Positions 53,872-63,060 of a DNA stretch of 64,000 nucleotides are shown here, piece by piece. Location of the stretch: positions 672,001 to 736,000 of the forward strand of contig CAWCNS010000005.1 of NCBI GenBank assembly GCA_963796965.1, written 5' to 3'. The stretch comes from Calditrichia bacterium. GTDB taxonomy: Bacteria; Calditrichota; Calditrichia; JAJRVZ01. Under the pieces are notes generated by a model. That model saw only the letters and a list, made by a program, of their open reading frames with translations, was not told where the DNA came from and ran no database searches. The position numbers were made by a program, and so were the translations under genes. How positions within the stretch are numbered: the stretch's first letter is position 1; each line of letters opens with the position of its first letter.

Positions 53872-56800
53872 CTACCGCAGCTCAATCGACTCTACTACGA
53901 ATCCATTATCTGAAAGCGGTTGCAGATTAGGTCCGTGAATTACATGGGTACGCGTCTCGAAGAGGAGATGTGTGAGTCGCAACGGATATTCAGGAATGAT
54001 ATCGTTTTTTTCCCGCTGCCATGGCCTATAGCCGTGATATCCGGACTGGCTGCCGGACGGAGCCTTGGGCAGCTTCGTTTCCAGATAGATTTCTCCGTCT
54101 ACATCCACAGGCGTCTGAGAACGGGCAGATATCCATCGGTCACCGTTTTGATCCTCTAACACGTAGACCACCCGCCCCCAGGATCGATTTCCCCGGGCGC
54201 GCACACCAATACCCCTGGCAGATTCCGGTATTTGGAGCGGTTCGCCCCTATATTCTAACATCATACAAATGGTTTCAAGAGAATGGGTCTTACCCACTTT
54301 CGGCGGGCGTATTTTCAGATGGTTATTCTCAATGGACAAATCAAGTTGCCCCCAGGCAATGGGGGTAGCCGGATTGATAGATTCATATCCTTCCAGGGGC
54401 TCCGACAGTACAGCCCAATCATCTAACGATTCAAATTGTATCAGAATTTGGTTGTTTTCAGGTCCGGGGATAGCATCTGAATCCACCAAGCTTAGAACTT
54501 TAATTTTTTCCGGTCCGACCAGGTATTGCGGCGATTCGGTGAGTTGAAAAGACAGCGTGCCATTTTCTACCCGTACGTCATCGCTGATGACTCTACCATC
54601 GCGATTGTAAACCGTCATTAATTGATCGCCAATTGGCTGCAGATTGAGACGCCTGGAACCATTAACCGTCCAGAAAGCATGTATAAATGTGTCGTCATTT
54701 TTTCGAAAGCGCAGGCCATACACATGGGGTGAAGGGAGATCTACCATTTGATCAAAACGGGCATTGTCGAGAATCCCAGTCATAGCAGCATAAGCAGGGT
54801 ACGCCTGGCGTGGGTTCATCTCCGGGGTGGCATGGCAGAGTCCCACCGGACCATAATGGCCATAATGATACCAACCGTCCGGATCAATCGGCTCTGCGCA
54901 CATTCCGAACCGCTCCACCCCCATGGCCAGGGCCAGCAAGTGTGAACGCACGTAATAGTCTGCCTGCTCCCTTTCTGTGATCCATATGGGCGAAGTGGGG
55001 CAATAAATCGCTTCGGTTAACCAGATGGGTTTGGTTTCGCAATCGTACAATTTGCGCAATTCACGTAGATAAAAAATACCGGAAAAGGGCGCGTACCACA
55101 TGGAGGGTTGATCCTCCGGAGCTGCCGTATACATATCGAAATCGAGACCAAGACCGTCAATATAGTCATGAGGAAATCCGGAACGGAGCATCACACTTGT
55201 AAATAAGGGGAATCCGTTTCCAAAAGAAATACGCTTCTCCGGCGCTTCTTGACGGGCACGGGCGGCCCAGATTTTGCCAAAATCCATATAAGTATCGATT
55301 TCTTTCTGACCTTCTATCTCCCACATATGTGCTTCTTGTCCACGTATTTCGGGTGGGCAGGTAGTGGTTGAATGTCCCTTGATTGAGGTTTCCCAAAACA
55401 GATTATAATAAGCCACCTGGGGATGTGCTTTAATCCAGGCAAACATTTTATCCGGATCGCCGGGACCTTGCAAGCCCGAACGGGCAACACCGGCCAGATG
55501 GCCCCAATTTGGTTTGATACCGTATTCGTTAAGGATCTTTGTACGGTGGGCATTCTCTTGCCATTTTTCCGGCCGCGTATCTAAGACAAAATTAGCCAGC
55601 GTTCCTTTTACCCCTGCCTTCTGCAACACCTCACAGGTAGTTCGGAAATCGGCACCATGATGGCCTTCAAAAAAGGACCACATCCCAAAAGGTGAATCCG
55701 GGTCTGTTCTAGGTAAATTTTGGCAGAATGGCAAAGGAGGTATGTCTTTCCATAACATGTTCTCGGCCCGAGACATTAATGACCGATAAGTGAACGCTAA
55801 AAGTACTTTTTCCTACAGGAACGTCATTCAGATCGACCGGGATTATTTTTTCGCCATAAGGCGGCAAACGAAACTTTAGATCTTCCCTGCGGATTTGGCC
55901 ATCGGGCTTTGTAATGCTGATCTTAATGGACCCTGTTTGTTCTTCTTTCGCGTTTGATTTAAGTTGAACTTTCATTATGGCAGTATCTCTGGTATCAAAA
56001 AGATGTCCGGCCACATCAGACATGACAACCATGTTAACCGGTGCTTCTTCCAGGGCCAAAGCAAGGATATGCAGGCTGCTGGGAGGACCGTCCGGGCGGA
56101 TAAAACTATTGTTATCCATAACCAGAGGCCGGGTTAACTCAAATTCTAGATATTCATTTGGCGGTTGGGTGAGGAATTCCTGCCATGCCGAGGGATTGAG
56201 ATCCACGGCGAGATGTACCACCTCATTTTCTCCAATTTTAAATATTTCCAGGATATGTGCATTTTCTTCAGATACCAGACCAAATTCCCGGTCAACAAAA
56301 CGGGCCCGCTCTGGTTTTATAAATCTAAATGCTGCCCGTGGAACTTCGCCCTCATCATTATCACTATAACAGAGTAGATGCAGGCGATCATAAAATCGCA
56401 GGGGTAGGCGAAATATGGCCCGTTTCGGATCTGAGGAAAAGGCATCACAATTAATATAGGGGAGACTTAACCGCTGAAACGGCCCTGGTTTCAGGTGTTC
56501 TTCCCTGTAAACGAGTTGTCCCAGGTCGAGATTCTGAGCCGTTCCTGCATATGATGCAAATAGGAACTTTGCCATACCATCTAATTCAATGGTTGCATCA
56601 GGTTGTAAGATTTTTTTTCCCTCATCGTTGAAATAATGTTCAAGTGGGATTATCTGTATATGATTTTGGTGCTCACCCTGTATCGAGACATCCCATTCTA
56701 AATTCCCATTTAGTACAATGCGGGGTACACCTTTTTCATTTACCTGCCATTCCCTTAGTAAACGATCGTCCAGCCAGAGCTGCCGAGAGGTCTGATGGCT

Positions 56801-57181
56801 AGTCACACGCAGATGGAGCAGGTGTTCCTTCCAACCAGGTATATCCTTAAACTCTCTGCTGTAAATCGCCTGCCCTTCTTTTAATAGTTGCCATTTTGAA
56901 ATGTCCGGCCAATAACGGTAGATCAGGGATTCTTCGCGCCCTGAAATTGAAATCCGGATTTGGCCCGGATCGGCCGAATCACCAATAAAGGTAAAGGTGC
57001 AGCCATCCACATCAAGGACAACTTTCTCTGCCGCTGCAGAAACTTTCGCAGACCAAGAGTGTAAATCTGGGCGGATTTCGGCTAAAGGTTTTTCAGTTGA
57101 TTCACCTATTGTATTAATAGGTAGACTTATCATCAGAATTGATAGGTAGGAAAACAGGGATTTAATTTTATTCATAGTCAT
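53872..57181 (-). CDS. Large secreted hypothetical protein with GH-A-clan-like TIM barrel, frameshift ~55740
   Basis: Signal peptide; LFWE...; KPIWLTE; QADYYVRSHLLALAMGV; YPAYAAM; two overlapping ORFs. Confidence 0.6.
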
Positions 57182-57361
57182 TAGTTTTTGTTTCGAATAC
57201 CGATAAATGAATAGTTATTTAATTTAATCTTTTGTCTTTTTTCTTTTTTCGTGTCTATATTCTTTGTGTCTTTGCGACTTTGCGAGAAGAGAAATATCCA
57301 TGTTAATAAGCTTGTTTGCGTTCTCTGCGAACTCTACGTTCTATAAAATCTACCCCCAAAA

Positions 57362-58072
57362 TCAGGGTTCACGAAGTTTGCATTTTCCCGAGGCAAATAC
57401 CTCCAGGTGTTCGGCACATTGATTCCGAACTTTCTGATGACGCTCATCGGACCCATCAACAGGTGTGCGGTAAGCACTTACGATTGTGTTCGCCCTCTCC
57501 CTGCTTAACAGCAAACTTAAATTCAACACCCCCTCATGATCCAGCTCATATACCCAGCCCATTAATCCAAACTCAGCCATGGATGCCTGATCATGAAGAG
57601 GAAAACTATCCCAGACAATCAATTCGGGTTGCCCATCGCTATCCTGATCTCCAATCCATGGCAGAGGTAATTCACTAAATGAGCGAAGGGTTCGCCAGCC
57701 AACCGTACTTGCCAGCAGGCAAAACCCGCGTTGCGGCCCGTTCTCTCCCGACGCGGCAATTCCAACGGTCACAGTCCAGAAACGACCACTCCCCCAGGGT
57801 CCATCTGCCGCTACAAATAATGTATGGGATTTCCCTGTCTGGACATCCCAAACGCTATCAGTCGCGGTAAGACAGGAATCAACCGCCAGATCTTCATCAA
57901 TCCACTGAAAGCCCCCGATGGGAAATTCTAATCTATGGTATGGAGGCTCTAACAGACAGAGGGTCTGCTCCTGACTAATGGAAGAACCAACAAAACACAA
58001 AACAAAAATTAAAACCAACACGTGTTGTTTTTTCAGAGGTCTATCCTTTATTAAACCCCGGTGAGACATCAT
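57362..58072 (-). CDS. Hypothetical secreted protein
   Basis: 236-aa ORF with signal-like segment and DQDSDGQPE loop. Confidence 0.6.
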   Translation of the reverse strand: MMSHRGLIKDRPLKKQHVLVLIFVLCFVGSSISQEQTLCLLEPPYHRLEFPIGGFQWIDEDLAVDSCLTATDSVWDVQTGKSHTLFVAADGPWGSGRFWTVTVGIAASGENGPQRGFCLLASTVGWRTLRSFSELPLPWIGDQDSDGQPELIVWDSFPLHDQASMAEFGLMGWVYELDHEGVLNLSLLLSRERANTIVSAYRTPVDGSDERHQKVRNQCAEHLEVFASGKCKLREP

Positions 58073-58080
58073 TCCGTCTT

Positions 58081-59166
58081 CTAGTTATCCAGAGGTTGGC
58101 CATGGGTAAAGGTTAAAAATGGTGCAGAATGTCCTGCTGTTGCTGGTCGAAACTTATTTAATAGTGCTACAGCATCTTCATTTGGCCAGTGGGCGTTTAA
58201 AATTTCAAAATAGCTGATATAAGTTCTACCGGTCAATTTATTGGGATCACCCTCCCAATATGGAAATTCTTCCGGCCGGCGTGTCCAGCCGGCAATCGTT
58301 TTAAAGGCTTGCTTCAATGTATGCCCCCCGGGCGATACGAAATGGTATAAATCCTCCCCATTGACTCTGAGGATCTCAGCGGCAACTGTCTGAGGCATAA
58401 GTGAAAAATGCGTATACCAGATGCCCCTCATCCCGCCTGACCTATTGACTTCATGGGGCATATGTCCATCGTCAGCAATCTGGTTTTCAATAAAATACTG
58501 CCAGCGGTCTATACAGGTATTAAAGAGTTCGGCATCTTTTAAATAGACGGCACAGGCAGCAGATAAAACCAGCCCCCAATTCCCCCAATTATTTTCTCTA
58601 TCCATACAACTCATAGGTGATGCCTTATCACGCAGAAAACCAGCAAACATGTTTTCCTGATCCTTTGGCCAGATATCATCGTTCCTTAATAAGTCTGCGG
58701 CAAAAACGAATGCCGGAAAATGATAACTAAATGAAAGTGTCGAGTCGTCTTTCCGGCTCATTTGTTTTACCGTTTTCACCCATCCATTAATCAGGCGAAT
58801 GGCCGACCGGGCATATTTCTTTTGCGTCGTAATGCGATAGCATAATGCCTGGGCATAGGCGATATTGGCATCATCGCGCAATCCATTTTTAGCAGTCCTA
58901 TGACCTTCCGCATCATCGTAATATCCCGGAACATACCATTCTTTTTTTGCCGTCGGCCTACGATTAAGGCCCTGATCAGCAACCTTACGCATCGCCTCAA
59001 AGGCAGAGAAAGTTGGTTCTTTCTGCTCATTCACCGCGATTTTAAGATTATTTATCTTTTGATCTGAAATAAAAACAGATGAAAAAGGCTGAACCGTCTG
59101 TGCATACAATCCTGAAATCATCAGCAGGAAACTGATACATAGATATAACTTAAATTTAATCATCAC
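58081..59166 (-). CDS. Alginate lyase family protein ((alpha/alpha)n toroid)
   Basis: ENNWGNW, DGHMPHEVNR, WYTHFSL. Confidence 0.78.
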   Translation of the reverse strand: MMIKFKLYLCISFLLMISGLYAQTVQPFSSVFISDQKINNLKIAVNEQKEPTFSAFEAMRKVADQGLNRRPTAKKEWYVPGYYDDAEGHRTAKNGLRDDANIAYAQALCYRITTQKKYARSAIRLINGWVKTVKQMSRKDDSTLSFSYHFPAFVFAADLLRNDDIWPKDQENMFAGFLRDKASPMSCMDRENNWGNWGLVLSAACAVYLKDAELFNTCIDRWQYFIENQIADDGHMPHEVNRSGGMRGIWYTHFSLMPQTVAAEILRVNGEDLYHFVSPGGHTLKQAFKTIAGWTRRPEEFPYWEGDPNKLTGRTYISYFEILNAHWPNEDAVALLNKFRPATAGHSAPFLTFTHGQPLDN

Positions 59167-59221
59167 GATTTACCCTTATAAATATATAATCCGCATTGTT
59201 TACAAATAAAATATAAATACA

Positions 59222-59422
59222 AAGTACACAAAGTAAGATAAGAAATAAGACAAAAGAAAAAAGAAAAAGGATCAAATAGTTTCCTAAACAATTCTACCTG
59301 GCATAAATTTTTTTGAATAATCAATAAGCAAACTACGAACTGATCTATTGATCACTTTTCGTTATTTTTGTCTTTTGTCCTTTTTCTTTTATACTCTCTG
59401 CGTCTCCGCGTCTCTGCGAGAA
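59222..59422. repeat. Inverted heptamer tracts plus CGCAGAG-type arm
   Basis: AAGACAAAAGAAAAAAGAAAAAGG ... TTTTGTCTTTTGTCC; CTCTGCGTCTCCGCGTCTCTGCGAGA. Confidence 0.6.
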
Positions 59423-59454
59423 AGAGATATTACATTCATTATAAATAAAGGTAT

Positions 59455-60108
59455 CTACTTTAATGGTAAAACATAAAAGTAAATAGATATAAAATGACAA
59501 AAGCTACCGAGCAAAACACATATATGGAAAATGGCGTGATTGAAGGGAATTTTTTTTATACCATATATAATAGCACCACTGGTATAAGCCACGCCACCTG
59601 CAAAAAGCCAAAGCAACCCATCTGAAGACAAATTATTTATTAAAGGTTTTATGGCAAAAACGATAACCCACCCCATGAAGATATACATCAAGATGGAAAT
59701 AATTTGAAATCTTCCCGTAAAAAACAACTTCAAGATTATCCCTATCAGGGCCAGACTCCAGACAACGCCAAAGATCACCCACCCTGTCCTGCCACCTAAA
59801 ACAAGAATCGTAAAGGGTGTATAAGTACCGGCAATAAGAATATAAATAAAAGCATGATCAAAAATTCTCAATCGAGTTCTTAATTCCGCTGCCTTGGCAT
59901 TATGGTAAAGAGTGGAAGCGGCATATAAAACTATCAAACTTATTCCAAAAATGCCAACACTTAGCAGATACCGAATATCCCCCTGCAAGTTGGCCCGCCC
60001 TACCAATAGCACCAGAGCGATAACACTCAGAATCAAACCACTAGCGTGAGAAATTATATTAACTTTCTCCTCGCGTGGCGGGTAATATTTTACATTGTTT
60101 ACATCATT
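59455..60108 (-). CDS. Hemolysin III / PAQR family membrane protein
   Basis: EEKVNIISH, STLYH, DHAFIYILIAGTYTP, HAIFHICVLLGSFCHF. Confidence 0.93.
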   Translation of the reverse strand, partial: NDVNNVKYYPPREEKVNIISHASGLILSVIALVLLVGRANLQGDIRYLLSVGIFGISLIVLYAASTLYHNAKAAELRTRLRIFDHAFIYILIAGTYTPFTILVLGGRTGWVIFGVVWSLALIGIILKLFFTGRFQIISILMYIFMGWVIVFAIKPLINNLSSDGLLWLFAGGVAYTSGAIIYGIKKIPFNHAIFHICVLLGSFCHFISIYFYVLPLK

Positions 60109-60115
60109 CATAAAA

Positions 60116-60496
60116 TTAATAGCGTTTACAGATCCATGCCCCCACATAGGCTTCAAGTAAACTCAATGGCGCCACAATCCATAACATGCCTGCAGGTAAC
60201 ATATTCACATTCCCTAACACAACCCACAACATCACAAATACAACAGACCATGAGAAAATGGTCGTCTGTAAAAGTGTAAATTTCCGGGAAAGAATAAATA
60301 TCGTCGTGGCAAACATAAATCCCCAGATCATCCATATGACACCTCTGACCGGTCCGGTGGGAAAAACAATTCCCAATTGTTGATAGTGTTCAATCCAATA
60401 AGATTCCGCCAGAAATATCCATCGTAGGGTCTCTGAAAAATTGATCCAGATCCCTGTAAAAAGAATGGGTAGAATTATTTTTTTAAGAGTATTCAT
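60116..60496 (-). CDS. Hypothetical membrane protein
   Basis: 126 aa; WINFSE, PLSLLE; four TM segments. Confidence 0.7.
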   Translation of the reverse strand: MNTLKKIILPILFTGIWINFSETLRWIFLAESYWIEHYQQLGIVFPTGPVRGVIWMIWGFMFATTIFILSRKFTLLQTTIFSWSVVFVMLWVVLGNVNMLPAGMLWIVAPLSLLEAYVGAWICKRY

Positions 60497-60534
60497 GATA
60501 CACCCCTTCTGATATCATGGTTTGTGTAAAAGAT

Positions 60535-60742
60535 AACCACAAAGAACACAAAGCAGGCACAAAGTTCACAAAGATATATTAGAATTATTACTCTCGCAGA
60601 GACGCAAAAAAATATTTTATAATTGTTTATCGTACTCAGCATTAATTATTTCATTTGAGCAAAATATATTGTTACCAAAAAAAATAAAAAAAATCAAAAT
60701 AAACTTTGTGTTCTTTGTGTCTTCTTTGTGTCCTTTGTGGTA
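60535..60742. repeat. Best-preserved CACAAAG inverted repeat cluster (4+4 units)
   Basis: AACCACAAAGAACACAAAGCAGGCACAAAGTTCACAAAG ... CTTTGTGTTCTTTGTGTCTTCTTTGTGTCCTTTGTGGTA. Confidence 0.85.
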
Positions 60743-60791
60743 AAAAAAAATTTTGCTTAAATAATTGCCAATCCGATATTCCCTATTAATA

Positions 60792-62717
60792 TTACCTGAG
60801 CTGTCTATTCATGTTATAAAAATCAAGATACAATGATTTTTTATTATGGGTGATAGTAACTGTTTCTGGTTTTCTTTTCGCTTTGCAGTACTTTGAATCA
60901 TAGCGAGGATAATTAACATCTACATTAATCCCGTTCAGCCTAAAATCAGCACCATATTTCAGTTCATAGGATTTGCGCTTTGATACATAGATTAAAACTA
61001 ATGTATTTGGATCAAAAAGGACTTCATTTTGCATTATTCTTTGACAGAATCTATTAAACGATTGATCCTCAGATTCTGACCCTGCTTCAGTTATCCAAAA
61101 CACCTGCTTACCCTGTTGGATCAGATCATCGGTTGCATTCTCCCGGTAGGATAGCCGGTTTCTGCCAATAAGCGCGCAATAGGTTTTTCCTCTTTTCCCA
61201 AAGGCATAATTGTCCCGTACAAGAACTGAATCAAATTTTTCACTGGGAAAATAGGCATGGGTATAGGGCAGCAGATCCGCTTCCATCAATCCCTTATTAG
61301 CAGGAATATCATAAATGGCCAGAGAGACATTGCTATCTTGCACCGCATGGGGCAGATGTCCATAGCCAACCCAATAGTTGGGTGATTGTCTTTTTTTATC
61401 TTTTTCAATCGCCGGGTGATTATGAAAAATGCTGAAGGAATTACTAATATTCATACCGCTCACATGCTGTTGATCACCATAGGTCCCTGGATGATAGGCC
61501 TGCGTTGTATATAACGTATAATCCGCCGTTTTGTAGGTGTAGACATTTCCCCTTTGCATGGCCACCCCGTTGCTTTGCGGATCGATAAGACGGGTTAATA
61601 GGGGCTCCAAATGCAAAAGCCTGAACAAGGTAAAATCCAGTATTTGAAAATCGGTTAAAAACTCATTGGAGAACATCCGGTTTTTTCTTACAAACGCTAA
61701 AGAATTGCGTACAATATCCGGATTTGAAAAAGCACCCAGGCATAACTGCATCATCATTGATCTCTCATCCTCACCGTAATAGCCCTCGGTCCATAATTCC
61801 GGGATATCAAGACCATGGCTCTGCCTGATGACAACCCTGCTGGTATCCTTCCCGATATCTTTCAGCACATCAGGGAGAATGTATTTTTTCGTTGTCATCA
61901 TTCCGTACATCATCTGTGCTTTAATTTTTTTGCCGTTACCCCAGTAATAATTAGTCACTCCCCCTAAATTTAAGCCAGAACCACCCACCCGGTTTCCATA
62001 ATAAGCGCGGTTACTGGCAGAGACAAACATCGTCTTGATATTCTGCACGGCCACATCATAAAAAAGAAGATCCATAATAATCATAGATTTTTTGACTAAT
62101 TTCTCATCTTCCGCCAGATCAATCAGATTGATCAAAGCAGCCACATCCTCTTTGTAATAAACCCCGGAATTAAATTCAGAAAATCCAAATTTCCAACGCA
62201 TTTCCAGCCAATCCAGCGCTCGTTTTCTGGCCCTATCCCGATGTTGCCCACCTGTGAGACCGCTATTATGAAATACCACATCCGGATATTTTTGGCCGAT
62301 CAGATATTCAGCTGAGGCAAAGAGGATTTGATGGTTTTCCGTCCAGTAGCACATGGAATTTTCACCCGGATCACCCCACCAATAACGGAAATCAAAAAGC
62401 ACCTTTTCTATTTTGGCCATCGCGCTATCCGGGATATGATCTTCAAACTCATAAATAATCCGAATCAGGTTGACCAGACGAAAGTCGGAACAATCGTATT
62501 CTGATCTTATATAAGATAATGTTCCATTCAGGCGATTCCAGTCAATATTCTGGCTTCCATTGATTAATTCGTGATAGATGTTATCCTGCTGAAGATCAAT
62601 CTGACTGTCCGGCCGGCGGGGAAAGGAATGATAAGAGGCGATCCTAATAAAATCGATGATTACCGTACTGATAATGATCAGAATAAATAATGCTACGATG
62701 TATTTAATTTTTAACAT
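60792..62717 (-). CDS. Hypothetical protein, heparinase/lyase-like alpha-barrel + beta-sandwich
   Basis: DCSDF, YWTENHQILF, GFSEFNSGVY, QQH, PNYWVG motifs. Confidence 0.6.
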   Translation of the reverse strand: MLKIKYIVALFILIIISTVIIDFIRIASYHSFPRRPDSQIDLQQDNIYHELINGSQNIDWNRLNGTLSYIRSEYDCSDFRLVNLIRIIYEFEDHIPDSAMAKIEKVLFDFRYWWGDPGENSMCYWTENHQILFASAEYLIGQKYPDVVFHNSGLTGGQHRDRARKRALDWLEMRWKFGFSEFNSGVYYKEDVAALINLIDLAEDEKLVKKSMIIMDLLFYDVAVQNIKTMFVSASNRAYYGNRVGGSGLNLGGVTNYYWGNGKKIKAQMMYGMMTTKKYILPDVLKDIGKDTSRVVIRQSHGLDIPELWTEGYYGEDERSMMMQLCLGAFSNPDIVRNSLAFVRKNRMFSNEFLTDFQILDFTLFRLLHLEPLLTRLIDPQSNGVAMQRGNVYTYKTADYTLYTTQAYHPGTYGDQQHVSGMNISNSFSIFHNHPAIEKDKKRQSPNYWVGYGHLPHAVQDSNVSLAIYDIPANKGLMEADLLPYTHAYFPSEKFDSVLVRDNYAFGKRGKTYCALIGRNRLSYRENATDDLIQQGKQVFWITEAGSESEDQSFNRFCQRIMQNEVLFDPNTLVLIYVSKRKSYELKYGADFRLNGINVDVNYPRYDSKYCKAKRKPETVTITHNKKSLYLDFYNMNRQLR

Positions 62718-62821
62718 TTTTATAATTGACTCCGGAATTCGTCTATTAAGCCAAGTATAACCATTATTGGTACTGTTGTGATTTAATATAATTTTACGGA
62801 ATAGATTATCTGCTTGGGTTC

Positions 62822-62908
62822 AAGCAAAATCTAATTCCCCCTTTGAAGGGGGGTAGTCCCGTAGAACGGGATTAATCCCCCTTTCAAAGGGGGAGACCGG
62901 TCCTTGCT
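62822..62908. repeat. Internally deleted copy of the 22.7-kb element
   Basis: AAGCAAAATCTAATTCCCCCTTTGAAGGGGGGTAG-TCCCGTAGAACGGGA-TTAATCCCCCTTTCAAAGGGGGAGACCGGTCCTTGCT. Confidence 0.75.
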
Positions 62909-63060
62909 TCACTAAAGATTGTGCAATTTAACAGATACTGCAACAGCCCCAGGAAAGTGGGAGACAGATTTTGCCAATATGATAAATCGTAATACTAAAT
63001 CAATCCATCACAACACCTATTTCTGGATTTTCTATTTGTATTATTATTTCCCAGTCATAG

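Noticed and set aside
60535..60742. Possible CRISPR array
   Set aside because: Units are 9-11 bp with no unique 25-45-bp spacers, they are arranged as inverted arms, and there are no cas genes.
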